The notes: generated from the letters alone by a model not told the origin. Positions 1 to 13,295 are shown, counted from the first letter of the stretch. The stretch is 64,000 bases of DNA from Octopus bimaculoides (GCF_001194135.2 NC_068984.1:22346903-22410902), one strand, 5' to 3'. Program-made: numbers and translations.

Positions 1-1139
1 AAGACAATGTGTTCTAGAAATAAGATGTGTACGGTATTGACGTCTTCGCCGAAGGCGAAGTGAAATTATTGCAGTCGAGAATTAAAATTGCTCGTACTCC
101 CATGTTAGCCGGAACTTACTGTCTGGACTAGGATGTTGGTCATATAACACCTTATTACTAAATTCACCTTGTCAATTTATTGCAGTTCTTTCTATTCAGA
201 GAACGAATGAAGAGAAAGGGGAAGGGAGGATAAAAAAGAGACACGCACAGATTGCTCTAGCACTTTTTGTCTTGTAATTAACGGTCAATACTGTCTCTGT
301 TACCAATAATATTAAATCTCTTTCGTGTTTTTCATCATCATTTTTAATTCATAAGACAAATAGAAAATGGAAGTGTATTCAGTTTTGCCAGACACTCACA
401 GAATGGCAAAGAGATAACTAGATAACAGGAATGTAATTAACGTTACTATGAGTAATCGTAACTTGGTGATTGAGGAACGAACCATGACAAATATGAAGAC
501 GTGCTGGGGAAACTATTCAGTGTGAAGTCTGCGAAAACATACTGAGGGGGGAGGTATGTGAAAGAATATAGAATAATTAACACATTTAAGATAGTTTCAT
601 GCCAGAAATTTTATATTGGGTAGGGAGTTTTGGTAGGATCAGTAGAAATAAACCTGAAGAAAACAAAGTCAGATGCCATAACTAGCGGTGTAGTCTTCCC
701 TTGCTTTAGATGACCTCATGGTTTGTAATACAGCAGTAACATCACTCTTATTTTGTAGTGATGCTGGTGGAGAATAATATTGTTTCAAATACTGAAGGTC
801 TACTGAAAACATTACGAATTCATTTATGTGGATGTATATTTAATACAAGTTGTATATTCCCGCGGTATTTGGCCCTTAAAATCAACCGAAGAACTGCAAA
901 GTAGGGATTTCTTTAACAGGAGTCTCAAAGGAATTCGAACCCCCGTATCAACCGCGATTCCGACCATCACAGAACGCAGGCCAATAGCGTAGCATTTATT
1001 ATTACCAAGTAATTTGTGATGATTTCAAGTACAGTGAAATGACAATAGCTACATAATTGAATTATATATTAATACAAGTAATTAATCATAGTGAAAACAA
1101 ATGAATAAAATTATTCATTTGGGTTTGAAAAAAAAAAGA

Positions 1140-1520
1140 AGACAATGACTGAAAGAAGAAAAGAAAAAAGAAGAAATAGAAGCAAAGGAAAAAGACGAAA
1201 AGGAAGAACCAGAAGACGAAGACAAAGAGGGGAGCAAGAAGAACAAGACGAAGGTGACGAAGAAGAAGAGGAAAGAGAGAGAATGGGGAGAGGGAGAGAG
1301 GATGGAGGAGGAGAAGAAGAAGAAGCAGAAGAAGAAGAAGAAGAAGAAGAAGAAGAAGAAGAAGAAGAAGAAGAGAAAAGGAAAAATGAAGTAGAGAAAG
1401 AACACGTAGTGTAAAGAAGAAAATGGAAAGAAAGAAAAGGAAGGAGAAAAAAATGAAAAAGAAGAAGCAAAGGGAGAAGGAAAGAAAGGAAAGATGAGAA
1501 AAGGAGGAATAAGAAACATC
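1140..1520 (+). repeat. Purine-rich (GAA)n / GA-rich low-complexity tract
   Basis: Directly visible; explains the overlapping ORFs at 1086-1580. Confidence 0.95.
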
Positions 1521-2492
1521 ACTAACGGATTGTTTATTTAACAAACGATTATTATGTATCGTTTTTGCAGTTAATCTCAATATGTTTTCGTTGAAATTTT
1601 GACAACATACTTTGTATACAAACTAAGCTTTTGTTATAGTACTCAGTGACCGGCTATCAATAATGCAGTTCTCATGGTTTAGCTGCCATAAATTAATCCC
1701 TCTGCCACCCAAACACCCAACCACAAACCGTTCTATATATTTTTCGTATCGTTCTTGGTTTATTACAACACATTTCTTTGTTCTAAAACACATTGGAATG
1801 TTGGAAATGTTTACTACTATATTGCAACTGATAGTTCATCAGAAGTTGTTGATATTTTTTGGTGTTTTTTTTCTCGTACAAACAACATTGCTTTTGTTTT
1901 TGTTGATATTTTTGAAGTTACTGAGTGAACTTTGTCTTTTCTTCTAGCCTCTAATTTCTTCTATTTTTTCTCACTCCAACTACCTGACCTGTTCATTTAT
2001 ATTGATTTCCTACATTTGCACAAAGCTAGAAATTTGCAGCTGTTGGTCAGTTTAACGGGATTGCTTTGTAGTGCTTCAAGGCATGAACTAACTGGAGTTT
2101 TAGGGGTGCCTTCGTCACATACAGCGTGTCAGGGGCATCTAAATCTCGCTGAATCTATTCCTTCTCTAGACTCCACTACAGCAAATTTCTTCCATTGAGA
2201 CATACAGACAGACACAGGAGAGAAACACAGTAACAATGGCCACGGGTAGTGGACTACTACTTTACCAAACTTGAGGTGATAAAATGTAAAGATGACCAAG
2301 GTGAAATTTGAACTCACACCGCAGAGAGAACTAACAAATATTGCAAACAATTGTAACGATGCTCTGAGTTCTCTCCTAATTTTCAGCTTGTTATTTACTT
2401 TTATTTGACGTCAGAGTCTTCACAGGGTTTTAACACATAACATAACAGAAAATTTCGCACCCATCCTGCAACTCGATTTTTTTTTCTTTCCA

Positions 2493-2745
2493 TTACCTTA
2501 TAATTAAGACCTGCTGGCAACTGATTACAAAATAGCAGCTGCTCGAATAACAATTAGACTTAATCTTTCGCCTGTTGTAATAGCTATTTAATCTTTCCTC
2601 CAACTCATCTCGCATTTCTTGAAAACTTTCATAGGCACTCCCTTTCTTTCTACGACTATGCCATAAAAATGAAAATAGTGAATGAAAGGTCGACAGCATA
2701 AATACAAGCATCATTACCGTATAATCTCCAGAACCAAAATATTTC
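2493..2745 (-). pseudogene. Candidate transmembrane + cytoplasmic exon
   Basis: Open frame YFGSGDYTVMMLVFMLSTFHSLFSFLWHSRRKKGSAYESFQEMRD. A hydrophobic stretch is followed by RRKK, and the block ends near AG|GTAATG. Linkage to the LRP remnants is inferred from strand and position only. Confidence 0.35.
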
Positions 2746-2779
2746 TCTTAGTGTTAAAGAAATATCACTGATACACACG

Positions 2780-3060
2780 GAACAGACGCCTCTAAGAGCA
2801 GGTAACTTTAACTAGAGCCCTGCTGGAGGGGCACTAACTTTTTGTATCAGTCTAGCTAACAGCCCGAGGGAAACAACTTGCGGGTTAATTGTATTGCCAT
2901 AGAGGTTGGAGCCAGAGATGTTTAGGGCAAATCTGCTTACCATCTAATGAAACAATACTCAGTCTCTGAGAAGAACCGGACCAAAGTTCTAAAGGCAATA
3001 TCAAAGATAGCGGAGAGATGTTCCAGCTAGATATGGTCAAGGAGGAACAAAAACAACCTC
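2780..3060 (+). mobile_element. 3' fragment of RLE-type (NeSL/R2-superfamily) LINE
   Basis: RVNCIAIEVGARDV*GKSAYHLMKQ..RTKVLKAISKIAERCSS*IWSRR matches the restriction-like endonuclease C-terminus (PIEVGARG..S..AE.AS.WIW.RR). Confidence 0.7.
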
Positions 3061-3659
3061 CATACTCTTTGAAAGCGATATTTTTGTATTTTAACGCAAA
3101 ATGAATTGACTTTGAGTGAATCATTGCGATAGTGTTGACGTTTCACCCCTACCATGATAACCATGTTATTTCTTCTTTTAGTTTAAGTTTGAAAGCTTGT
3201 AAACGGGAAGGGGTAACCAGATAAAAATCTCCAAGCGGTTTATATGCACAAGCCTCTGATATCAAAGTGTGCTAAAAAGTGTCAGCAGAAGGGCACCCAG
3301 GTATCATGACGTGGATGCGGCCGGCCCCTCCTTAGAGTGTAAAGAGTTAAGAGCCGAAACACTTGCTTGAGTGGGGTTACTTCTCTGAAGTTCGGCAGTT
3401 CAAATCTCTTGAGAGTTTGTTACCACTAGCATCTCTCATATTCTCATAGTTATATTTCACTACATGCATACAAAATGTGCCTCTCAGAAAATGAGCAACC
3501 AGATGCTGAAGTTGTAAAATAGTGCTCGTTCTCCCTTAGAATTACCAAAAAGCCGGTAGTATTCGAAGTCTAGGCTTAGGCATTCATCGTGTGTGAAAAG
3601 TATGTACTTCTGCACTGGTCCCTTTCTAAACATACTCCTTCCTGTTGGTTCTATTTATT

Positions 3660-3699
<40 letters not shown>

Positions 3700-3918
3700 C
3701 ATTAGCGTATCGGGCGAACTGGTTACCGGCGATTTGTCCTTGTTACAACATTTTAAAAATATATATATATTATTTATATATATTTTATTAAATTTGTTTG
3801 ACAGTATTGTTAAAAGTAGTAGTGGCGCCCTGTAAGAAAACCTGGTATGATAGCAAGATATACAAATTTAAATGAGAAACAATAAAATAAGAAATTATTT
3901 TCTCTAATTTATGGCATA

Positions 3919-4525
3919 CTAGCTGAATGACCCGGGCTACTGCAGTTCTTATTCAGATTAGTAAACAATGAATATGGAGATATATTCTCATAATTATTTC
4001 AAAATATCTATACTTTATTAGAAAATATCCAAATTGTAATGATAACAGAAATTCGAATTGAAAATCTGTCAATGTTGAAGCACCTCAGGGTAAACAATAT
4101 TCATTGTGTAATTTTTTGTTGGTATCAAAATGAGTAAACTGTTGCTGCCTCCAACTCGCGAGCAAACAACATAGAGCTAGCCATGTGAGAAGCATGTAGT
4201 AGAGAGATAAAGTCCAACTACCATGAGGGATTGACCCTGCGATTCGTTTATTGATTTACTAAAACTTAGTTTGACTGGAAACTGAAGCGTCTTAAATTCA
4301 AAAGGAACATGTGTAGGTGTGAGAAGAATTTTTGGAATAAATATATTTTCTCCTTTGTCATAATTGTTGCTTCTAGGACATGGAAAGCATCTTGGAGATC
4401 AACATAATTTTTAGCCCTTAACTTTGTTGTTATCTCGAGTACGAATGAGATTTTCATGGGGATCACCTGCCATAAGGATGGCTACTTCATTAGATGTGGG
4501 CTCATTAAAACGGCGTAACCGGGAA
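3919..4525 (-). mobile_element. Helitron 3' fragment (PIF1-like helicase C-terminus)
   Basis: PFEFKTLQFPVKLSFSKSINESQGQSL.VVGLYL.TTCFSHG*LY; CTAG terminus at 3919-3922. Confidence 0.85.
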
Positions 4526-4544
4526 ACGCACATATTCACAGACA

Positions 4545-5219
4545 CATACCCATACGCATATGTATATGTATGTGTAGAAGTGTGTATGTGTGTGTGTATT
4601 TAATTGTTTGAGGCCTAATGATTAACAATTACCACACACACTCGCACACACTTACGCTCTCACATACATTTACATACATATATTAAGACACACGCACACA
4701 CAGACATATATTCATGCACACCTCAGCCCTATCTCTGTCCTTCTGTGTGTATGTGTGTGTCTCTCTCTTTAGATGTGTGTGTGTGTGTGCACCAGTCGTG
4801 AAAAATGTATGAATACTCATACACACATATACTTCTCAGTCATCGCCCTAACGTACGTAACGAACGCGCAAATACACACACACACACTAACAGACACATG
4901 CACACTAGTACACATACGTATATGTATGTGTAGATGTGTATGTTTTTAATTGTCTGAACCCTAATGTATAAACATTATCACACATACAATCTGACATGCA
5001 CTCACATACATATACTAAGACAGACACACCCAGGCATACAATCATGCACACCTCAGGCCTATCTTTGTCTCTCACTGTGTCACTTTCTGTCTTTAGATGT
5101 GTGCATGTGTGTGTGTCAGTCGTCCCAAAAATGTAGGTATACTGACACACTCAGACACCCTCACATACACTCAGATATATGTCTCAATTATCGGCTTAAC
5201 GTACGTAACGAACGCACAG

Positions 5220-5270
<51 letters not shown>
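4545..5270 (+). repeat. Diverged tandem duplication of a ~350-bp CA/TG-rich unit
   Basis: Shared anchors in both units: catgcacacctcag.cctatct, tctttagatgtgtg, taacgtacgtaacgaacgc. Confidence 0.8.
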
Positions 5271-5488
5271 GAAAATGTGAGGTTGTTGTCGAGGTGGTAT
5301 AAAATGTTGTTTACGACAGATGACTTACAGAAAGATTATAATGTTCAATTTTTGTAATGCAAATATGTAACTGGAAATAAGGTTTATTTGGTAGCCGAAA
5401 GATTACTGAAAATTTGGATACCATAATCGTCAAAACCGGCAACTAAGTTTTCGAATGCATAAGGAACATACACAAATTTACAGACACA

Positions 5489-5530
<42 letters not shown>

Positions 5531-5789
5531 CTGTTTTATATATTAAGATGAAGCCGCTTACTAACGGTTTGAATATATGCTATTAAAACGTCAGAGAGCT
5601 TCTGGAGAACATTCAAGTTCAAATTCATTCCATGACCCCTAAACAGTTGCTTGATGCAAATCACGAAGCTTGTTATAAAAGATATCTCTTGGTGGGGATG
5701 CACAGAAGTGTAGATTTTCAGATATGTGGAAGAACGGCTGCAAGACGCAGTGGATGCTGGCAATGAAGGGTATATAAAGACCGTTCATG

Positions 5790-5900
5790 TTAGTGTTGAA
5801 GCAGACCAAAGATGAAAGCTATCCTGGCTTTCACCACCGTCTTTTTCTATATCAGGACTACATGATCCAATGTGTACTTCTTTTAGACAGTGGTGCTTCC
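5790..5900 (+). repeat. Old interspersed repeat family; further diverged copies near 27600, 28850, 32650, 36250(-), 55900(-), 56300(-), 57500
   Basis: Recurring degenerate motifs gcagac..atgatcaa, ggactacattatccaatgtgt, gagggagatttggctgctatttct. Confidence 0.5.
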
Positions 5901-7124
5901 AATGAAAGACATTTATTTGTGATTTATCGCTGATTAAGTGACTGGACTGCGCAGTGACTGCCACCGTAAACCTTTGGATAACATTTATGCTATCCTCAAA
6001 CACATAGCATTCCTTTGACTGTCTCCAGAATATTGATATAAAACAATTTTAGGACCGTGAACTAGTGCCGTTGTTAATGCCTCTTAGAATGATACCTAAT
6101 TCTGTTTTATTAATAATAATTTCGAAGTTCCAAAAATTCATTGAATTAAGATTTTTCTACGGTTGTGCATACTGTCTGTTGGAGACGGTATTTTTTGAAG
6201 AGAGAAAAAAACTAAGAAGAACAATTTTTATTATAGCTTTATCAGAATTCGTTTTCGACAGTGCAACTTATTTCACACAATCATCGATTATTCTTAGACC
6301 CTTAATGGAGTTAGATAAATGGACGCTAAATGTATTTAGTTTCCAGCCTAAAACTGTAATATTTATAATTGAATACAAGGCCACGATTCCATTTATTGAG
6401 AAAATTGGAGGGTTTAGGGATATAATGCTATTGCTACTCCCATGAAGGGTTCTTCTGGGCATTATATTTACTTCTTTACTGCACTAAATAGAGCTTTTAG
6501 ATAAGAATGATGGAGTTTACCGCCATAACGCACCGACTGACTTCATTAAAGATAAGCTATATTTATTTATTTGTTTTCATATATTTTTATCTATCCTTAC
6601 ATCTGAAAATCTTCCTCTGTATCCTGTATCAACAGTTTAACACACGCTTACATAGATACATACTCTTTATTACACATACACAAACTCACATGTACATTTA
6701 AGAACTCATATACATACATACTCCTACAAACTTGTATATATAGATTTTTGCACTTAAATATATAACGCAGAAAACAGTTATCTACATTGCGTATGCTTCT
6801 CTAAATATAATTATTGTATAAAAGCGTGTATATGTTCGTCTGGTTATGGGTGTATAACTAAGAATGTGACCCGACTACGGCGGTAATTTGGTAAAACGTT
6901 AAGGGTAGTTTACATACTAAAGCAGGTATAGTGGTAGTATTACAGTTTTTAATCTATTGCGGAGGCTATTTGTACGTAATGCATTAGTTTTAAGTTTACT
7001 AATCGTAAGGTCTGATGTATATAGATGCATTTACTAAAGTACTAATGTAGTCTTAATTTGTATGCAGTGCTTTAGATTCAAGGGTAGTAATTATAAATGT
7101 GGCTAGGAGCAAGTGTGGTTAGGA

Positions 7125-7335
7125 ACAGGAGTGGTTTTGTGATAAGATGCTTGCTTCCAAACAACATGGTTCGGTGTTCAGTCCCACTACATGGCTCCTT
7201 GGGCAAGTGTCTTCTATTACAACCTCGGGCAAACCAAGTCTTGTGAGTGGATTTGGTAGACGTAAACTTAAAGAAGCCTGTCGTGTATATGTCTGTATGT
7301 ATGTATATATGTATATATATATATATATATATATA
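7125..7335 (+). mobile_element. tRNA-derived SINE family A, 5' half
   Basis: ggttcggtgttcagtcccact B-box-like; ccttgggcaagtgtcttcta; matches copies at 25975 and 38245(-). Confidence 0.85.
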
Positions 7336-7669
7336 NNNNNNNNNNNNNNNNNNNNNNNNNNNNNNNNNNNNNNNNNNNNNNNNNNNNNNNNNNNNATGCA
7401 TTAGAAGCCATAATATAAGAGTCAGTAAGAACAAATGTATTGACATATTTATTATAGAAGATTAACAGAACTTTGAGACTAGATGTTTTACACATATTTA
7501 GATATATCGAATATCTACTTTTCGTAAATATTTCAAGTGAATGGAATAAATATTTCGTAAGTTATGAGGAAATAAACAAATAATCGTCCAAACTGCAACG
7601 GCCAAAAGTTAAGGGTCACTTAGAAAGACAATGAAAAATGGAACAGGAACAAAAAAGAAACCCTCACTA

Positions 7670-8640
7670 TTAATATTTTGTAAACATCCCTTTACTATCA
7701 ATGATCTCCTGACATCTCTTACCACAGAACTGAATTAATTTCTTGCAAAATGATGGTGTTCGTTTTTCAATATTCCCAGAGATCATCTTGGTTCTTTAGA
7801 TTTCTCCTTCGCGCCCCATCTCCAATAATCTTCCAAACGTTTTCTATAGGGTTGAAATCGGAACTTGAGGTGGCCAGTCCATGAGATCAGACCCTTCATC
7901 ACTCAAAAATTCTTTGACTCTCTTCGCAGTGTTACAGGAAGCGTTGTCCTGCATGATGGTTGAACTGACGAGGATCGGAGATGTGAAATGACATGCTGTC
8001 TAAGAATCTGCTTGTAGATTTCAGCATTGACAATCTCTTGTAGGCGAATAAGTTGATCGGGAACAGTAACTGAGATCACTCCCATATCATTATACTGCCT
8101 CCTCTATATTTTACTGTCTTCTTCACACAAGCATGAGATAACCTTTCAGCACTTCGTTGGACGTACATCCCACCATAGGAACCAATCACATTAAACTTCA
8201 ATTCATAGCTAAAATGAGCCTGCGACCACTGTTCTTCTGTCCAAATGACATGTTCGTGAGCGAAACGAAGACGGACTCTTTGATTCTTCTTGGAGATCAG
8301 AGATTTCTTTGCCGGTGCCCGAGCAAGCAACCCAGAACCACGTAACCTCTGAAAAACTGTTTTGGACGATACACTGACATATGAAGTGGAGCTAAACTCG
8401 CTGGATATCTGAGCAGCACTCTTAAACCGATCCTTCCGTGATATTCGAACCATAATACGATCCTGTCTTGGTGAAGCTTTACGAGGCCTACCGGTTTTAA
8501 GTTTAGCATCTGTCGAAGCTGATGATTAAAACGAGCTCCAATTCGTTGCACAACACTTTTAGACCTTCATACAGTAGTTGCTATCACAGAATTTGTCATG
8601 CCCTCTTGGTGAGGGCACTCAATCCTTTGTTTTTCATCAC
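7670..8640 (-). pseudogene. Tc1 transposase (DD34E), disrupted
   Basis: GRPRK..QDRIMVRISRKDRF, LLARAPAKK.LIS.KN..VRLRFA..H..WT, F(S)DE.KFN, KTVK.GGSIMIW, QDNA, WPPQ.PDFNPIENVW; frameshifts present. Confidence 0.92.
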
Positions 8641-8648
8641 AGAATATC

Positions 8649-8847
8649 GGCGAGCTGGCAGAATCGTTAGTACGCCGGGCGAAATGCTTAGCGGTATTTC
8701 GTCTGCCGCTACGCTCTGAATTCAAATTCCGCTGAGGTCGACTTTGCCTTGCATTCTTTCGGGGGCGATAAATTAATATCAGTTACGCACTGGGGTCGAT
8801 GTAATCGACTTAATCCCTTGTTTGTCCCCTCTATGTTTAGCCCCTTG
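8649..8847 (+). mobile_element. SINE family B inserted in the Tc1 5' region
   Basis: ggcgagctggcagaatcgttag..tgaattcaaattcc..ggggtcgatgtaatcgactt; multiple copies in the window. Confidence 0.9.
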
Positions 8848-9171
8848 TCACCATGTTGACAGTTGAATGTTCCAATAATGTAAGACCATAAGAAGTAACT
8901 GTTAGCCAAATAAAGTCTTCAAAACAAGAAATACCTCGGGTAGTTGTTCATTTTTTCTAAGTGACCCCTAACTTCTGGCCGCTGCAATTTGGAAGATTGC
9001 TTGTTTATTTCCTCAAAATATTTGTTCCATTCACTCAGAATTTTCTCGAAAGGTAGATATTAGATCTATCTAAATATGTGTAAAATATTTAGTTTCAACG
9101 TGTTATTAATCTTCTATGATTACTATGTTAATACACTTGTTCTTACTGACCCTTTTATTATAGCCGCTACT

Positions 9172-9172
<1 letters not shown>

Positions 9173-9220
<48 letters not shown>

Positions 9221-9420
9221 CACTCCATCATTACTCGACAACAGGTGCTGGTGTGTTTACGTCCCGTAAGCTAGCTGTTCGGAAAAAGAGACCGATAGAA
9301 GAAGTGCCAGACTTTTAAAAAACAAGTATCGGGGTCGATACATTCCACTAAAAATTCTTCGAGGCGGTGCCCCAGCAGGCCGCAGTCTAACAACTGAGAC
9401 GAGTAATCGATAAAAGATAT
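9173..9420 (+). mobile_element. SINE family A, 3' half resuming after the Tc1
   Basis: (TG)n then gctggtgtgtttacgtcccgtaa..gagaccgatagaa..ggcggtgcccagca; a reverse copy lies at 55195-55280. Assignment as the family-A tail is from recalled consensus. Confidence 0.7.
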
Positions 9421-9529
9421 AATAGATCTGTCATGATCGTACAGGCTCACTACGATGGCTTTGTCCCCTTTTACATTGCACAGAAGCAACCCAGAGAGTG
9501 GTATACTCCACCCCATCACTGAATGAGAT

Positions 9530-9700
9530 GCAAGTCTATTGCAGGGTGAACTCCCAACAGCTGATACTCATTTTCAGCTGAGCAGACTGAGACAACGAGA
9601 AGTGTCTTCCCTTATCGCACAACACAGTGCCCGGATTGCGAAACAAATCCCCCCACCTTATCTCCGAAAGTTCCGTCATCTAACCACTAGGCCACACGTT
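9530..9700 (-). mobile_element. Degenerate tRNA-SINE (family C)
   Basis: ctcattttcagctgag tail and taaccactaggcc A-box complement. Confidence 0.6.
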
Positions 9701-9723
9701 TTCTCTATACATTAATTTCAAAT

Positions 9724-9925
9724 TTTGGCACAAGGCCAGCAATTCCGGAGGTGAGGTAATCCGATTACATTGACCCTAGTGTTCAACTGGCACTTAATTT
9801 ATGCACCTCGAAAGGATGAAAGACAAGCTCGACCTCAGCGGAATTCGAACTCAGAACATAAAGTGGGGGCAAATGGGTTAACCATCTTCCATGGCATGCT
9901 AGTCATTCTGCCAGTTCACCGCCTT
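9724..9925 (-). mobile_element. SINE family B
   Basis: Reverse match to the 8649 copy. Confidence 0.85.
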
Positions 9926-10039
9926 ACTTTCTCTATATATTGAAATACACTATATTTCACTCCGACAGTACAAAAATATTTAAATTATATTTCATAATTT
10001 TGCGTTGAAACAATTACCGCATATCTAACAGACACTCAA

Positions 10040-10365
10040 TCGCTTATGACGAGTGTCTCTGTTAATCCGATCGAAAGTACAGCCTGCTCATGAAATTAAT
10101 GTGCCAGTGGATGAGTACTCCACGAACCCTTAATGAAGTTTTCAGGAAGGAAACTACCGATAACGTAGTTCCGCAGGAGTTTCAGTTTGACACGGAAAGT
10201 GGCAAAGCTGGCCCTTTCAAATACAAATAATACTCATTTTTTACCAGCTGAGTGGACTGTACAACATGAAATAAAGTGTCTTGCTCAAGGACACAACGCG
10301 CCAATGCGAATCGATCTCATGACCTTTACCATTGTGAGCCGAATACCCTTACCACTAAGTCACGA
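10040..10365 (-). mobile_element. tRNA-SINE family C with extended tail
   Basis: Head tagtggtaagggtattcggctc..gatcgattc; gttgtgtccttgagcaagacact core; tail shared with the 30810 copy. Confidence 0.8.
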
Positions 10366-11089
10366 CCATTCATTGTATACCAAAGGACGCAAAAGTTGGC
10401 AAATTCACTTTTTGTTGTTTCGTTTCTTTAGTAAAAGTACAGTCTTTTCTGAAGTGCCAGAAAGGTTCCTCGTACATTTGGTTACTAATACAATTTCACT
10501 TCATTTTGAGGAATTACAGTTGAATTGTATCATTTACTATTGAACCCAATCACAGAAGTGCGATAAAATTTTCGGTTACTTTATTATAGACTGTACTATT
10601 CAGAAACACAGTAAAAAATTAAACAGTAAATATAACAGTCCTATTATATATATATATTAAATGTATAAATCAATTCTAAATGGTGATGTTTATTTAGCTT
10701 ACACAATTGATATTCCCATAAAATTCTGCTTATTTTAGTATTGTGTATATGCTAAATTTGAATGCTACCTTAGATATACAATCACAAACGATAAAAAAAA
10801 ATCTCATCTTAAAATATATCTGTAAAGTATAAAATCGGAAATAAATTTCAGAATAAACATCAGATTGGGGAACAAAGCGTAAAACTATGGTGCAACCTAA
10901 CGCATTTTACTGTCTAACAGATATATATTTAAAATTAGAATCTGCAAAATTGACTTGCACTCGTATATTATGTTATTTACTGTCTTAAATTCATGTATTA
11001 TTGATGAATAAAAATAACAATCTAAGCACATAGAAGGTATAAACATAGTACAAATAATTCTTTCTGCTATAGGCACAAGGCTTGAAATT

Positions 11090-11240
11090 TTGTAGGAGGG
11101 AGAAAGTAGATTTCATCGATCCTAGTGCTCGGATCCGAGAGGATGGAAGGCAAAGTCAACTTCAGCGGAATTTGAAATCAGAACGAAAATATGGAAGAAA
11201 TATCGCTAAATATTTAATACGGCGCGGTGTTGATTCTGTT
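11090..11240 (-). mobile_element. SINE family B, degenerate
   Basis: ggcaaagtcaacttcagcggaatttgaaatcagaac. Confidence 0.75.
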
Positions 11241-11280
11241 CATTATATATGTGTGTATGTGCAACTATGTGAATATGTAC

Positions 11281-11326
<46 letters not shown>

Positions 11327-11650
11327 NNNNNNNNNNNNNNNNNNNNNNNNNNNNNNNNNNNNNNNNNNNNNNNNNNNNNNNNNNNNNNNNNNNNNNNNNN
11401 NNNNNNNNNNNNNNNNNNNNNNNNNNNNNNNNNNNNNNNNNNNNNNNNNNNNNNNNNNNNNNNNNNNNNNNNNNNNNNNNNNNNNNNNNNNNNNNNNNNN
11501 NNNNNNNNNNNNNNNNNNNNNNNNNNNNNNNNNNNNNNNNNNNNNNNNNNNNNNNNNNNNNNNNNNNNNNNNNNNNNNNNNNNNNNNNNNNNNNNNNNNN
11601 NNNNNNNNNNNNNNNNNNNNNNNNNNNNNNNNNNNNNNNNNNNNNNNNNN

Positions 11651-11723
<73 letters not shown>

Positions 11724-12639
11724 GGTTCTGATGGAAAAACATTATGGATGGTTTTTATCGATTAAATTTGGAGTAGTGTTATCGTTCAGATTTAATTCAT
11801 GCACATAAATGTTTCTAATTAGGTGTGTCTAATTGGGTATATCAGCTTCAGGTCTTCATGTTCTTTTTTAGAGATTGACAAAAGAATGTAGGAATGTGAA
11901 ACGGTTATTTCATCATTAGATGCGGAACAATATCTGATACACTGGATTACAGAGAGCTACATGCATAGATGAATCCTGAAAATAACAAAAATCCAAATTT
12001 GATCAATAGAAATCTTCCAAAATATCTTTTTCTGTGAACCTAAGCTTCGACACCTAATTATTATTCAACAGAAATCCAAGTACCTCCAAAAATTTAAACA
12101 TACCAGAATCTGTATAACACCAAGATGAACACAACTGAACATCTGTCCGATAACATATTTTGATTAATTCTAGGTTAATTAAAATATGTTTGTAACATAT
12201 CTTAAATTCTAAAGGCAAATTCACTGTGGTTACTGCGGAGGAAAAATTCTCTCTTATGGTAATGCCGTAAAAATACTATATATTCCTACTGCTTCACCAC
12301 TAGCGACTAACCAGATGCGCGTTTCTCAATGGGAAATACCGAAGAGAGATAACCCTTGGCAGATTCAAAGCCGTAATTTTAACTAAAATAATGAAGATCA
12401 TCAGTAACTGAGTTGCGCTGGTGGACCACCTTCTCAGAATAGAAACAGAAGCATCAGTGTCAAGCAGTGAACAGGAATAAACGAACTTTAAGGTAGTTAA
12501 AATACGTTCGTGACATATTTTAACATCTAAAGGCAAATTCACTGCAGCATTTACTGTGGAGAGAAAATTCTCTTTCGTCAGAGGTGTAAAAACACCATAT
12601 AGATAGACAGATAAACAGAGAGGTATTTAGGTAGATACA

Positions 12640-12653
12640 TAGATAGATAGATA

Positions 12654-12725
<72 letters not shown>
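12640..12725 (+). repeat. (GATA)n microsatellite
   Basis: Directly visible. Confidence 0.95.
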
Positions 12726-12726
<1 letters not shown>

Positions 12727-13295
12727 GGAAGAGGGGCGTTTAAATAGAAGTATTCTTTGATTAAATTGAAGGATGTTTATTCAGATGGTAACGAGAGATG
12801 GTAAACGATAAAAGCGTATTTTTAAGACTACAGAATATTATTGAAGTGCTATAGATTAGCATTAATAAAATGGAGTATAGCTTCTTCGAGAAAAAAAATG
12901 ACAGGTAGAAAATTTCCCATAAAATTAGGTCGTAAAATTCTTTAAGTAGTAAAAGTAGAACAAAAAAATTATCCACTGATCCCCATGGATTTTTGTACAC
13001 AAAGTATACTATTTCAAAAAATATTAGGTGCGTTCGTGAATAGTGTAAATACAACGCATACATATGTGTGTGCTTACTTGTATGTTTTTGTGTGTGCACA
13101 GCTGTATGCGTTATGTGTAATGTTTATGTCTGTTTAGGATATTCATAAGTGTGAATATGTACTGATGTCACCATTCAAACTCTAACTCTTTACGCTCTGC
13201 GTTTAGGAAACATAACACCCGAATCCACTACACCAACAGGAGCACCAAGACCGTTACAGCTAATATCAGTATACCAGTAAAATCACTACTACTAC

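Larger units (their letters stand above)
7399..9172 (-). mobile_element. Tc1-family DNA transposon with long IR/DR-type TIRs
   Basis: 7399-7625 and 8955-9172 are diverged inverted repeats. Each has outer and inner direct repeats (gcggc-N9-agggtca.t.agaa). Right end ctactg corresponds to a CAGT terminus. Confidence 0.9.

Noticed and set aside
43-59. Perfect hairpin cttcgcc-gaa-ggcgaag next to gacgtc, reminiscent of hammerhead stem II
   Set aside because: No CUGANGA core at the required position.
920-990. ggaattcgaacccc B-box complement as a tRNA gene
   Set aside because: No cloverleaf or A-box; probably a SINE relic.
1086-1580. Poly-E/L/F/S ORFs
   Set aside because: Translations of a GAA-rich tract; no coding evidence.
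1930-2200. Possible LRP tail exon with NPV or a CR1 QRDLD motif
   Set aside because: NPVK is not NPxY, there is no clear acceptor, and both readings are too weak.
11082-11765. Long ORFs with YIYI/HTHT/CVCV and X runs (also 13.4, 25.5, 38.3, 44.6, 57.7 and 62.7 kb)
   Set aside because: Artefacts of TA/CA microsatellites and N-gaps.
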